A DNA stretch of 64,000 bases from Squalus acanthias (taxonomy: Eukaryota): positions 25,732,001 through 25,796,000 of the forward strand of contig CM059433.1 of NCBI GenBank assembly GCA_030390025.1. Direction: 5' to 3'. The position numbers and the translations under genes are program-made. The notes under the pieces are model-generated. The model was not told the DNA's origin and made no database searches. It was given only the letters and a program-made list of their open reading frames with translations. Every line of letters begins with the position of its first letter. Positions within the stretch are counted from its first letter, which is position 1. Positions 1-12,575 of the stretch are shown piece after piece.

Positions 1-2307
1 GCAGGTGCAGCAGGCGGTGAAGAAGGCAAATGGTATGTTGGCCTTCAGAGCGAAAGGGGTTGAGTATAGGAACAGGGATGTCCTGCAGTTGTACAGGGCC
101 TTGGTGAAACCACACCTTGAGTACTGTGTGCAGTTTTGGTCGCCTTATCTGAGGAAGGATGTTCCTGCCATGGAAGGAGTTCAGCGAAGATTCACAAGGC
201 TGATACCTGGGATGGCAGGAATGACATATGAGGAGAGATTGGGTCGATTGGGCTTATACTCGCTGGAGTATAGAAGAATGAGAGGGGATCTCATTGAAAC
301 ATATACAATTCTGACAGGTCTGGACAAACTAGATGCAGGAAGAATGTTCCTGATGGTCGGAGACTCCAGAACCAGGGGTCATAATCTAAGGATAAGGGGT
401 AAGCCATTTAGGACAGAAATGAGGAAGAATTTCTTCACCCAGAGAGTGGTGAACCTGTGGAATTCTCTACCACAGAAGGTAGTTGAGGCCAAGTCATTAA
501 ATATATTCAAGAATGTAGAATTCGCAAAATTATCGCGATTTTATAAAAATAAGAAGGAGACATAAAGTTTCGTATAAACAGCTTTATTTCAGCAGAATGC
601 TGTCAGGTTTCAAAACGGACACAAACAGCCTGTAAAATGGCCACCACACCTCGTGGCAGAAAGTTCTAGACTTTCAGTAGGCAGACAAGATGGCGCTTTA
701 ATAAACATTTCAGCAAGATCGAACAGGACTCAGCACATTTGAGTTAATGACAAGACATGATGGGTTTGCATTTTAAACATAAATACTGGAATCGGTCTCC
801 CAGGTGCAAACAAGGGCTATTGTACTGAGCGATCAAGGACCCATCCAAAGACATTAATATGCAAAATCCCCACGGCTCTACGATGAGAGAGCCGTTCGCG
901 GGTACTCACAGCAAGCATTTGGAAGCCCCAAAACCCCTCCAGGGAGACTACTAGCCAGTTCCACAATGGGAGAAATATTAACGGGTACTCAGACAGTTAC
1001 AAGTGTCACCAAAACCCATTAAAGACTGAGATCACCCCATACAAGAAGTTTGAGCGCCAAAACCCTGACAAAGGATAGACATTAAGATTGGGCGGGAAAA
1101 GAGGAATTACTGCACTATAACTGTAAAGTACAACCGTCCATCTCTCTCTTGCTGCTTTGACTCGCTGGAAGGCTGCTGAACTTTTATTCTCTTGCCTGAC
1201 GACTCTGGACTCTGATCCGCTAGGATCAACCTCGTGGCTTGTCGCAAAGATCTGTGGAGAACTGGGCTGTGAGGCCTGGAGGCGGGCGCACCATCCCGAG
1301 GAGTCGGTAAACGGTGTTGGAACCGAAGGCCCGAGAGGAGATGAGATGAGATGAGATGAGAAGAAGACTACACGTGTCGCCACGGTCAGTAAGCCCTGAC
1401 CGCGCCTAAAAATCTACGGACCATTTTCGAATTCTATCGGCTACTCCACAACTGGCCCGAGAAGACTATTCTTCGAGTTCTACAGGCAACTGGTGTAGGA
1501 CACAGGAAGACTCTTTTTTGAGTAGTATCAGAACTCCGAGGACAACACAGATCTTCATGACAGCAGACGGTCCAGCCTGCTAGCCGGAGCAGAAGCGAGT
1601 AAACAAGTGGGGTACAGAGACCCCTGTTCAACACGTGCATAGTCAGGTGCTGCGGTAAAATCATCCGAGCAGAGTTTCGGAATCCTCCGAGTTATCACGA
1701 GTGGTGAGCATGAGTCTCGATCCTACAAATCTAGATTAGGACAGGTATTGATAGGGGAGGGTTTAAGTTTTAAGGATAATTATAATGTGTGTCCCCTTTT
1801 ACGATGTGTCGCGCGCTCCTCGTTTCCCTAAAATTAGTTTCATAACTGTGTGTAAGATTGTACTGTCATTAATCTGTGCTTTTGACATGTATCTCGTAAT
1901 CTTGAATAATATGCAATAAAGATTTTCCATTTCGCACTATTCAACCGGGTCTACCTGAGTTTTCTCTGCATTATTGCTCTCGCACCTAAGTCCAGTGTCA
2001 GAACCGTAAGGGCGAGTGGGTCGAACCACTCACAGCTGTCTAGTGTTACCAGGCTGGCTGGAGACCAGAACAGGCAACAAGGCCTAACCCCGCACTAGCA
2101 CCCAGGCTAAGCACAGAGCCACACGTCACCCCTTACAAGAATGAGTTAGATATATTTCTTAAAGCTAAAGGTATCAAGGGATATGGGGAGAAGGCCGGTA
2201 CAGGGTACTGAGTTTTGATGATCAGCCATGATCTCATCGAATGGCGGAGCAGGCTCGAGGGGCCGAATGGCCTACTCCTGCTCCTATCTTCTATGTTTCT
2301 ATGTTTC
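1..2307 (+). mobile_element. CR1-type LINE 3' portion (ORF2 C-terminus, 3' UTR, TATGTTTC tail), interrupted by a solo LTR at 514-2137
   Basis: ORF 5..565 has CR1 ORF2 C-terminal motifs (LYRALVKPHLEYCVQFWSP, LEYRRMRGDLIE, TRGH, FFTQRVVNLWNSLP). The sequence resumes at 2142 (tgagttagatatatttc) and ends in ctatgtttctatgtttc at ~2307. Confidence 0.9.
514..2137 (+). mobile_element. Solo LTR (1624 bp) related to the LTR of the retrovirus-like element at 57843
   Basis: TGTAG...TTACA termini; 4-bp TSD AGAA (510-513, 2138-2141); collinear similarity to 57843-59507; GC box 1090-1096, TATAA 1116-1120, AATAAA 1915-1920; internal (GAGAT)n. Confidence 0.9.
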
Positions 2308-2533
2308 AATTAGGAACAGAAGGAGGCCATTCAGCCCCTTGGGTGTGCTCTGCCATTCAATTAGATCATGGCTGATCTGTACCTCAACTCCATTTACCCA
2401 ACTTTACTCAATATGCCTTCATAACCTTACCTGAGAAAAATCTATCAATCTGATTTCACTGATCAATGATTCATGTCACACCATTATGTAGCACCTATTC
2501 AGATAGAGGTCTATACCTCCCCACTCGCTCAGC

Positions 2534-4080
2534 AACAACAACTACTAATATTAATATAGCGTCTTTAAAGTAGTAAAATGTCCCAAAGTGCTTCACAAGA
2601 GTTTTATAACACAAAATTTGACACCGAGGCACATAGGGTGAAATTAAGGTGAAATTAGGGCAGATGACCAAAAGCTTGGTCAAAGAGGTAGGTTTTAAGG
2701 AGCGTCTTAATGGAAGAAAGAGATGTAGAGAGGTGGAGAGGTATAGGCAGGGAATTCCAGAGCTTGTGGCCTTGGCAACTGAAGGCATAGCCACCAATGG
2801 TTGAGCTATTAAATTTAGCGATGCTCTAGAATCCAGATTTTGGGGAGTGCAGATATCTCGGGGACTGGGGGCGGGGTGATTGTGGGGCTGGAGGAGATTA
2901 CAGAGATAGGGAGAGGTGAGGCCATGGAGGGATTTGAAAACAAGGAGAATTTTAAAATCAAGGCGTTGATTAACCGGGAGCCAATGTAGTTCAGCGAGCA
3001 CAGGGGTGATAGGTGAACGGGACTTGGTGCGAGTTAGGACACAGGCAGCCGAGTTTTGGATGATCTCAAGTTTACATAGGGTAGAACGTTGGAGGCTAGC
3101 CATGAGTGCATGGAATAGTCAAGTCTAGAGGTAACAACAAAATGGATGAGGATTTCAGCAACAGATGAGCTGAGACAGGGGCGGTGTTGGGTGATGTTAC
3201 GGAGGTGGAAATAGGCGGTCTGAGTTAAAGCGCGGAAATGTGGCCGAAAGCTCATTTCTGGGTCAAATATGGCACCAAAGTTGCGAAGAGTCTGGATCAG
3301 CCTCAGACAGATGCTATGGAGAGGGATGGAGTCAATGGCTAAGGAACAGAGTTTGTGGTGGGATCTGATGACAATGGCTTTGGTCTTCCCAATATTTAGT
3401 TGGAGGAAATTTCTGCTCATCCAGCACTGGATGCAGTCTGACAATTTAGAGACCGTGGAGGGGTCGAGAGAAGTGGTGGTGAGGTAGAGCTGGGTGTCGT
3501 CAGCTTACATGTGGAACCTGATGCTGTGTTTTCAGATGATGTCGCCAAGGGGCAACATGTCGATGAGAAGTAGGAGGGGCCCCAGGATAGATCCCTGGGC
3601 GACACCAGAGGTAACGATGCGGGAGCGGGAAGAGAAGCCGTTGCAGGGGATTCTCTGGCTACGATTAGATAGATAAGAATGGAACCAGGTGCGTGCAGTC
3701 CCACCCAGCTGTACGACGGTGGAGAAGCATTGGAGGAGGATGGAGTGCTCAACCATGTCAAAGGCTGCAGACAAGTCAAGAAGGATGAGGAGGGATAGTT
3801 TACCTTTGTCACAGTCACATAGGATGTCATTTCTGATTTTGATAAGAGCCGTTTCAATACTGTGGAAGGGGCGGAAACCTGATCCAAACATGGAGTTCCG
3901 ATAAAGATGGGCACGGATTGGGGATGCGACAACACGTTCAAGGAATTTGGAGAGGAAAAGGAGGTTGAGATTGGATGGTACTAGGCAAGGACTGAGGGGA
4001 CAAGGGTTGGTTTTTGAGGAAATGGATGATGACAGCAGATTTGAAAGAGAGAGAACCATTAACAATATTAGCTAACATGG
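2534..4080 (-). mobile_element. L2-type LINE fragment (RT and 3' tail), degenerate, unit 1
   Basis: Minus ORFs contain LLDLSAAFDMV, SGVAQGSILGP, WMSRNFLQLNIGKT and SRSPITPVLAELHWLPV, with frameshifts. Confidence 0.9.
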
Positions 4081-4092
4081 GAGCCAAAAGAG

Positions 4093-4240
4093 GGTGTTTG
4101 TGTGTGTGTGTTAGGGTGAGGGTATGTGTGTGTGTGTGTGTGGGAGTGTGTGTGTGCGTGTGTATGTTTGTGTGTGAGAGGCTGAGGGTGTGTGAGGTTG
4201 TATGTGTGTGTGTGTATGTGTGAGGGCAAGGGTGTGAGTA
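4093..4240. repeat. (GT)n-rich compound microsatellite, unit 1
   Basis: Runs of gtgtgt with gagggt interruptions. Confidence 0.9.
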
Positions 4241-5415
4241 GGTTTACCCACCCCCAGTCACACAGCAGCGGTACCTGCACTGTTTGAAGTTCGACCGATA
4301 GTTGCAACAACAGGAAATCTATTTATTTGCAATTCATAAATTTACAAATTTACAAGTCATGTTGAAAAATTGATCAGTTTGATGCTAAATAAAGGAGGTG
4401 GAGTACGATCGGGGCCTGTGTGTTTAGGCTTCATTCTGATGGCGACAGCAGCAGTTCCTTAGGCAGCTGATCCATCAGGTGAGTCTCTGGGCAGGTCACA
4501 CACGTTCTGACTGTTGGAGAAGTAAAGTTGAAAAGGCCGCTGCATGTGCTCGGAGCTGCTCCTGGGGGTTGTGGAAGAATGACTCGCAATCTATGGCGTA
4601 GGAAGTGATCCTGTTGGGGAAATCTTGAACAAATTATCGTGGAAGGTTCTTTAGGAGGTCAATGTAGTTCCCGTTGGGCTCCCCTAGTTCTTGATTAATG
4701 AGGAAGCCTAGGCCGATCCAATGAGGGGGACAACCAGTCGCAGTGTTGAGCTACAAGACGTGGTGACCTCCTCACTCGTTCCGTCCAGGTGCAACAACAA
4801 ACGCACAAGGTTGGAATGGATCTGTCAGTAGAAGGAGGATCTGGAACCTCCGATTCCACATTTGGTCAAGTTCCCCAACATGCTGAACGGTTCAGCCCAC
4901 ACTTGATCACACTCGCCGTAGAAGAGTGGTTGAATGCTGGCGAGGATTTTCTTTACAAAGTGTTGGATGGCACTTGCTCTCTATTTAATGATGTTCTTCG
5001 ACAGGCATGACAGCACCTCAAATGTTAGCACTTCCTCTTGGTTCTCCTTGGTCCCTAACAGACTAAGCATTGTGCTCATCACTTGAGGAGACCAGTAATG
5101 GGCTCCAATTGAAACGTTGCCAAGGTCTCTGACACACAGCAACTGGGCAACTGGACAAGAATCACGCAAACACCTTTGCAATGAGCTCATTAGAGTATCT
5201 GTAAGCTGCAGCTGTGAAACCAGTGGAGAATTTAACAGCTCTCCAAAGAAGGAAGCCACGGTGACTGCCTGTCAGTCTTAGATGGGATGGATCTGAGCTG
5301 CCAGCTCTTCCACAATGCCAGGCAGGCTGATGCCAGCATATTGAACATTAGTGAACCAGATGGGTGACCACCGCACAGTCATTGTGGAGACGAAGTCCCG
5401 TATTCACACTGAGGA

Positions 5416-7662
5416 TGAAGGGATAATTACAAGTCCTAGCCCTTTCGGACTACCTCAGATCAGACGTATTCCCCAGACATTCACCTTCAACTGACGTTAG
5501 CGGTAGCCAAATCCTAGCAATGCTTAATTGGTTCTAAAGGTTCAGACTATCTCTCCCTCAAGGAAAGGAACAGCCTGAAGATGTTACCATCCTCTGGATA
5601 GCACTTTTAAAAAGTTTAACTAGACTGTAACCTTCCGGACATTATGAAAACCCCCCAGATTTCTACCACTCCTCTCTGAAGAGTGTACAGAAATTGAGTT
5701 TGTGAGGTTGATACAGAAATACTACTTGAGACAATTCTAAAAATATATAGATTTATTTAAGAGCCGACATTCAGTTAACAGCTGATAAGTCAATCGCAAC
5801 TTTAATCGTTCAATATACAAATATTTTACATTTCTTATCAGAGATCCTTATTCTCAAATCTTAACTTCGTTACATATCCACCCTTCTACTTATTTCTTAA
5901 TCCAGAATATCCACCAAAATCAAATACCTTGATTTCCCGAGACTCAGAGTTGAAAACTTACAGAGCATGCCTGTGAAATTGAGAAACGCTTGCTCTTCCA
6001 GCGACTTCTGACTCTCTATCTGAAAAGCTCTATTTTTATACCTTTTTTTAGTGGTATTTTCTTTGAAGTTTCCTGCTGATGTAAGCTAAGTATCTCTAGT
6101 GATTGTTTATTGAATTATTTTCTATTCTTACTGTCATTTCAGCTGCCAACTTTTAGAACTTTGTCTCTACCTTTAGGTGTTTCAAAAAACTTATCATTTT
6201 TATGGTTATTATCGATTTATCTATTTGATGCTATTCTTAGGAAATCTTTCTACTGAATTCTTAATATCACTTAACTGCTTGTAAGCCAGACGTCGTGACT
6301 CTGTGGTGTTCCAAGTTCAATACAAACACAATGAAATTGCTTGGTGTCATTTGTTGATATTATGGCCCTGAAATTCACCTCTCCGGCTTGCCGTGGGGGT
6401 AAGGATCGCACGCGCACTTACCTACCGCGCCTGCCGTTGACCTCAGGGCCCCCGGGAACTTCAGCTCCTGGGCCTGCTCCAAGTGCCGGCGCGCAGTGCT
6501 TGCGTGTCCCAGGGGCATAGTTAGTGCGATGCGTCCCCTGGGATCACGTGGGCCATGGAGAGTCAATGGCAGCAGACCATCTTTCATTCATAGATTTGAC
6601 AGGAAGACCTGTCAAATCTATGAATTGAAATTGGCCCCAAAAGAACAGCTAAACTTCAAATATTTTTTTTAAAAAAACATCACATTTATAAAATAACTAT
6701 AAGTTAAATAAATTAACTACTTTAAACAAAAATTTAAATTTTTGAAAAAAGTAAAATACTTTTTAACAGTGCTAAAAATAAACTTACCTTTCTTTAAAAT
6801 ATCTAAAAAAGATAAAGCTGTTGAAAATTTTTTAAAATTAAAATTAATTAACCACTTACCTTGTTGAAAACGGGCCCTGCGCCTCCTTTTTAAAAACGCA
6901 GGTTCTTCAACACTTACCCTCCCAGAGAAACCTGAAAAAAACCCTAAGTTTGCTGCGTGCGCGCAGCCTCTCCCGCGCACGTGGTTCACCTCTGAACCGC
7001 TCCCTTCACGAGACCGGAAGTTCCGGTTTCCCGCGCATGCGCAGTGCATGCAGGAAACCGGCACTTCAGGAGGCCTTGCGGATGAGTACACAGTGCTTAC
7101 TCACCTGGCAAGGGCCGAATTTTTGGCCCTATATTTTCAACGCCTTCCTATTTGTACCTTTTACAACTTGTAAATGGAAAACACTTCTCTTAGGGTGTTT
7201 ACTTGTTTTCTTGCTATCTTAATTGGTTGCATATTTAATCGTGTTTCCTGTTTCCAAGTTTAACATAAAACTATTTTACGGCAGGTATTTCTTTTACTTG
7301 ATGTCATTTTTTCAAAGGCAATTGTTTTTTTTAATGTTCTGTGCACCTGTTCGACGTGTTAGATTTTGACACTTTACTTGGGCATTGCTAATGTTTTGTT
7401 CCAAACTCTAGACATTCTGGAAGCGCCAATGGTTTGCTTCAATAGGGGCATTGGTTTTGTGTTTACAAACCAATTCCCATTTCAAAGCTTGTTTTCGCAG
7501 CTTTGTTTTAACAAACCCTCTTATCTCAGAAGCCTGTATTGTGTTTGCAGCCTGTGTCGCCAAGGCTTTCCAGACTTTTAAACTCAGTATGTCATGTATT
7601 AATACTATCAAAATCTGTTTATAGGATGATGTATTTCTTGGAATATGGCTTATTCCATTACA
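5416..7662 (-). mobile_element. AT-rich solo LTR, probably reverse oriented
   Basis: TG...CA ends; 4-bp TSD AGGA (5412-5415, 7663-7666); absent from the homologous sites in other units; minus-strand TATAAAAA ~6033-6040 and AATAAA ~5753-5758. Confidence 0.75.
6364..7129. mobile_element. Non-autonomous PIF/Harbinger-like MITE nested in the solo LTR
   Basis: Imperfect TIRs GGCCCTGAAATTC / GAATTTTTGGCCC; 3-bp TSD TAT (6361-6363, 7130-7132); internal palindromes; no credible ORF. Confidence 0.7.
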
Positions 7663-10600
7663 AGGACACCCTCCATCGTGTTGCGTGGCACTACCACCGT
7701 GCTAAATGGGATAGATTCAGAACAGATCTAGCAGCTGAAAACTGGGCATCCGTGAGGTGCTGTGGGCCATCAGCAGCAGTAGAATTGTATTCCATCACAA
7801 TCAGTAACCTCATGGCCTGGCATATCCCTCACTCTACTATTACCATCAAGCCAGGAGACCAACCCTGGTTCAATAAGGAGTACAGAAGAGCATGCCAGGA
7901 ACAGCACCAGACGTACCTAAAAATGAGGTGCCAACCTGGGGAAGCTTCAACACAGGACTACATGCATGCTAAAAAGCGGAAGTAGCATGCTATAGACAGC
8001 GATCCCACAATCAACAGATCAGATCATTCCTGCCACATCCAGTCATGAATGGTGGTGGACCATTAAACAACTAACGGGAGGAGGAGGCTCCAGGAATATC
8101 CCCATCCTCAATGATGGTGGAGCCCACCACGTGAGTGCAAAAGACAAGGCTGAAGCGTTTGCAACCATCTTCAGCCAGAAGTGCCGAATGGATGATCCAT
8201 ATCGGCCTACTCCTGAGACCCCCACCATCACAGAAGCCAGTCTTCAGACAATTCGATTCATTCCACGTGATATCAAGAAACGGCTGAGCGCACTGGATAC
8301 AGCAAAGGCTATGGGCCATGACAACATTCCGGCTATTGTGCTGAAGACTTGTGTTCCAGAAATAGCCATGCCTCTAGCCAAGCTGTTCCAGTACAGCTAC
8401 AACACTAGCATCTATCCGACAATGTGGAAAACTGCCCAGGTATGTCCTGTCCACAAAAAGGAGGACAAATCCGATCCGGCCAATTACCGCCCCATCAGTC
8501 TACTCTCAATCATCAGCAAAGTGATGGAAGGTGTCATCGACGGTGCGATCAAGCGGCAATTACTCACCAATAACCTACTCACTGATGCCCAGTTTGGGTT
8601 CCGCCAATACCACTCGGCTCCCGACCTCATTACAATCTTGGTCCAAACATTGACAAAGGAGCTGAATTCCAGAGGTGAGGTGAGAGTGACTGCACTTGAC
8701 ATCAAGGCAGCATTTGACCGAGTGTGGCATCAACGAGCCCTAGTAAAACTGAAGTCAATGGGAATCAGGGGGAAAACTCTCCACTGGCTGGAGTCATACC
8801 TAGCACAAAGGAAGATGGTTGTGGTGGTTGAAGGTCAATCATCACAGCCCAAGGACATCGCTGCAGGAGTTCCTCAGGGCAATGTCCTAGGCCCAACCAT
8901 CTTCAGCTGCTTCATCAAAGACCTCTCCAACATAAGGTCAGAAATGGGGATGTGCACTGATGACTGCACAGTGATCAGTGCCATTCACAACTCCTCAGAT
9001 AATGAAGCAGTCCATGCCCGCATGCAACAATACCTGGACGACGATTAGGCTTGGGCTGATAAGTGGCAGGTAACATTTGCGCCACAGAAGTGCCAGGCAA
9101 TGACTATCTCCAACAAGCGAGTGTCTAACCACCGCCCCTTGTCATTCAACGGCATTACCATCACTGAATCCCCCCCCATCAACATCCCGGTGGTCACCAT
9201 TGACCAGAAACTTAACTGGACCAACCACAAATACTGTGACAACAAGAGCAGGTCAGAGGCTTGGTATTCTGCGGCGAGTGTCTCACCTCCTGTCTCCCCA
9301 AAGCCTTTCCACCATCTACAAAGCACAAGTAAGGAGTGTGATGGAATACACTCCACTTGCCTGGATGAGTGCAGCTCCAACAACACTCAAGAAGCTCGAC
9401 ACCATCCAGGACAAAGCAGCCCGCTTGATTGGCACTCCATCCACCACATTAAACATTCACTCCCTCCACCACCGGAGTACCATGGCTGCAGTGTGAACCA
9501 TCTTCAAGCTGGACTGCAGCAACTCGCCAAGGCTTCCTCGGCAGTACTTCCCAAACCTGCGACATCTTCCACCTAGAAGGACAAAGGCAGCAGGCGCATG
9601 GGAACACCACCACCTCCAAGTTCCCCTCCAAGTCACACACCATTCTGACTTGGAAGTATATCGCCGATCCTTCCCAACAGCACTGTGGGAGTACCTTCAC
9701 CACACGGACTGCAGCGGTTCAAGATGGCAGCTCACCACCACCTTCTCAAGGGCAAATAGGGATGGGCAATAAATGCTGGCCTTACCAGTGACACCCACAT
9801 CCCATAAATGATTTTTTTTTTAAATTGCACCATTGCTCTGGCCAGCATTTCAACCCCCTTGACAAATATGCGGAGGTTCTTCATCTGGTCCCATCCTCCA
9901 CTGTTCACCATGTAAGTAGCTATTTCTTTATTATTTGTCCAAGCTAGCGGCTCCTTTAGTGTCCTCACACGGTTCACACACACATCTCTGCATTTAGGTG
10001 TTTGAAGCTCAGCTGAGAATTGTCTCCAGTTCAATTTATCATCAGGAGTAAAACCATTGAGCAGAGAAACATTAATGCAAGAGTTGCAATGAATGAGCAG
10101 GGCGCTGAATAACTGCAGGAATAATGTAGTCCCCGTCTTTACCGACTCGGGCTTAGTTATCATCTGCCACAGCCCACAAACGGCAGCCAGGGATTCAAGG
10201 TTGAATGCTTTGGCACTTTCTCACTGACAGGTTCTGCGATTTGCAAATGGCAACTGCTTTTTCAGTGTGTCCAGCAGCTCTCCCATTGTACTCATGGCAC
10301 ATTCTGTGTTCTCAGCCAGTGATCTCCACATGTCACTGATGTACTTATCCAAAGGGACAGGGTAGTTGAGGAGACAGGCACAACAGTTGCTGTGTTGTGT
10401 GAGCCAGAATGGCAATACTACACAGAGCTGAAAGTTTCACCTGCTCATAAGGAATTGACTGCAATTGAAGCCTCAGCACTTCAATGATCTCCGAGGCCTG
10501 GTCCCCAAGTTCACTGCCTCGTCTATTAACGGTGGTTTGCATGAGAACAGCAGCTGCATTGGAACAACTGGGGTGTTGGTCGGACAGTCCTTTGAAGACC

Positions 10601-11264
10601 ATGAAGAGTAAGTTGTCCAGCTGGTCACGGGGCAATCATTTGGAAATGACCTCTGTGATTTGAGAGCATGATTGAAAGAGGACTGAAGTGTCAGGGTTAA
10701 CTAACTGCTCTCTGACTCTTTTCAGTCCCTCTAACTGCTCCGTTTGCTGGACCAGATTGGTGCCTTCACACGACAAATGAATGGCCAGGATTATGTACAA
10801 AGTGTCCAGGGACATCTGTCAAACGGGAAGCGATGGGTCTGCACAACGTGGCATCAGTCATCCAATCAGAGACCCTGTGTTAATTTCAGGCGCTACATTA
10901 CTAAGATTGAGCTTCCTCCAGTAAAGTTTCAGAAGCTCTAAGGTCGTTTCCATGGCTCTCTCTCGTTCATAGTCTTTTGTTGAAATGATCCGGGCTTCTA
11001 CATGATCGAAAATGGCCTCATGTCCTTGAGGGGACAGGTCCTAAAGTAATATTTGCTTCAGAAGATTTTGCAGTGAATCTGTGATTTGGGTATAAAGTTT
11101 CGCACATTCCTTTGTATTATCATTTGTGTCCAGGTCATTGTTCAGTTCTGGAGGTACCAAGCCGAAAGTACTGGTCAGGCAGCTTTGAATCAATTGGCAG
11201 CTGTCAGCTTGGTTTGTTTCAGTGCGTAGTTGCACGAGATGCGTGCAGGCGTTCATGGCTAACT

Positions 11265-11880
11265 GTCGAGAGAAGTAGTGGTGAGGTAGAGCTGGGTGAT
11301 GTCAGCTTACATGTGGAAACTGAAGCTGTGGTTTCAGATGATATCGCCAAGGGTCAACATGTCGATGAGAAATAGGAGGGGCCCCAGGATAGATCCCTGG
11401 GCAACACCAGAGGTAACGATGCGGGAGCGGGAAGAGAAGCCTTTGCAGGTGATTCTCTGGCTACGATTAGATTGATAAGAATGGAACCAGGCGAGTGCAG
11501 TCCCACCCAGCAGGACAACAGTGGAGAGGCGTTGGAGGAGGATGGAGTGGTCAATCATGTCAAAACTGCATACAAGTCAAGGAGGACGAGGAGGGATAGT
11601 TTACCTTTGTCACAGTCACATAGGATGTCATTTATGATTTTGTTAAGAGCCGTTTCAATACTGTGGAAGGGGTGGAAACCTGATCCAAACAGGGAGTTCC
11701 GATAAAGATGGGCACGGATTTGGGAGGCAACAACACGTTCAAGGAATTTGGAGAGGAAAAGGAGGTTGAGATGGGATGGCACTAGGCAAGGACAGAGGGG
11801 TCAAGGGTTGGTTTTTGAGGAAATGGATGATAACAGCAGATTTGAAAGAGAGAGAACCATTAACAATATTAGCTAACATG
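11265..11880 (-). mobile_element. L2 fragment fused to the MROH1-like sequence by deletion
   Basis: Same L2 RT motifs (SGVAQGSILGP); junction microhomology GTCGA at 11265-11269. Confidence 0.85.
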
Positions 11881-11892
11881 GGAGCCAGAAGA

Positions 11893-11952
11893 GGGTGTTT
11901 GTGTGTGTGCTAGGGTGAGGGTATGTGTTTGTGTGTGTGTGCGAGTGTATAA

Positions 11953-11989
<37 letters not shown>

Positions 11990-12575
11990 AGGCTGAGGGT
12001 GTGTCTGTGTGAGGGTGTGTGAGGTTGTGTGCGTGTGGGGGAGAGGGTGAGGGTGTGTGAGGTTGTGTGTGTGTGTGTCTGTGTGAGAGGGTGGGGGTGT
12101 GTGAGGTTGTGTGTGTGTGTGTGAGAGGGTGAGGGTGTTTGAGGTTGTGTGTGTGTGTGTCTGTGTGAGAGGGTGGGGGTGTGTGAGGTTGTGTGTGTGT
12201 GTGTGTGAGAGGGTGAGGGTGTGTGAGGTTTTGTGTGTGTGTGTGTGAGAGGGTGAGGGTGTGTGAGGTTGTGTGTGTGTGTGTGTGAGAGGGTGAGGGT
12301 GTGTGAGGTTTTGTGTGTGTGTGTGTGTGTGAGAGGCTGAGGGTGTGTGATGTTGTGTGTATGTGTGCGTGATTGTGTGTGTGCGTGAGGGTGTGTGTGT
12401 GTCTGTGTGAGACTGTGTGAGGCTTTGTGTGTGTGTGTGTGAGAGGGTGAGGGTGTGTGAGGTTGTGTGTGTGTGTGTCTGTGTGCGAGGGTGAGGTTGT
12501 GTGTGTGTGTGTGTGAGAGGGTGAGGGTGGGTCAGGTTGTATGTGTGTGTACGTACGTGTGAGGGTGAGGGTATG
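11893..12575. repeat. Expanded (GT)n/GAGGGT compound micro/minisatellite
   Basis: Repeating gtgtgagagggtgagggtgtgtgaggttgtgtgt units; source of the His/Thr-rich artefact ORFs. Confidence 0.95.

Larger units (their letters stand above)
5350..9824 (+). mobile_element. 5'-truncated non-LTR retrotransposon (CR1/L2 group) inserted in the MROH1-like sequence; longest copy, interrupted by a solo LTR
   Basis: RT ORF 8131..9048 (NYRPISLLSIISK, QFGFR, LDIKAAFDRVWH, GVPQG, xTDD), C-terminal fragments at 9100-9576, and a 3' UTR with AATAAA and a T/A tail. Confidence 0.9.
4322..11269 (-). pseudogene. MROH1: MROH1-like processed pseudogene, copy 1 (split by the LINE at 5350-9824; 5' part lost by deletion)
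   Basis: HEAT-repeat fragments (SFFGELLNSPL, GGWDQM..LARAMVQ, DQLDNLLFMVFKGLSDQ) resemble MROH1 as recalled. There are no introns, several stops and frameshifts, and a minus-strand AATAAA at 4322-4327. Confidence 0.8.

Noticed and set aside
1006..1664. Accessory ORFs within the long LTRs (also 58411-58825)
   Set aside because: They are short, and their frames are not conserved between the two LTR copies.
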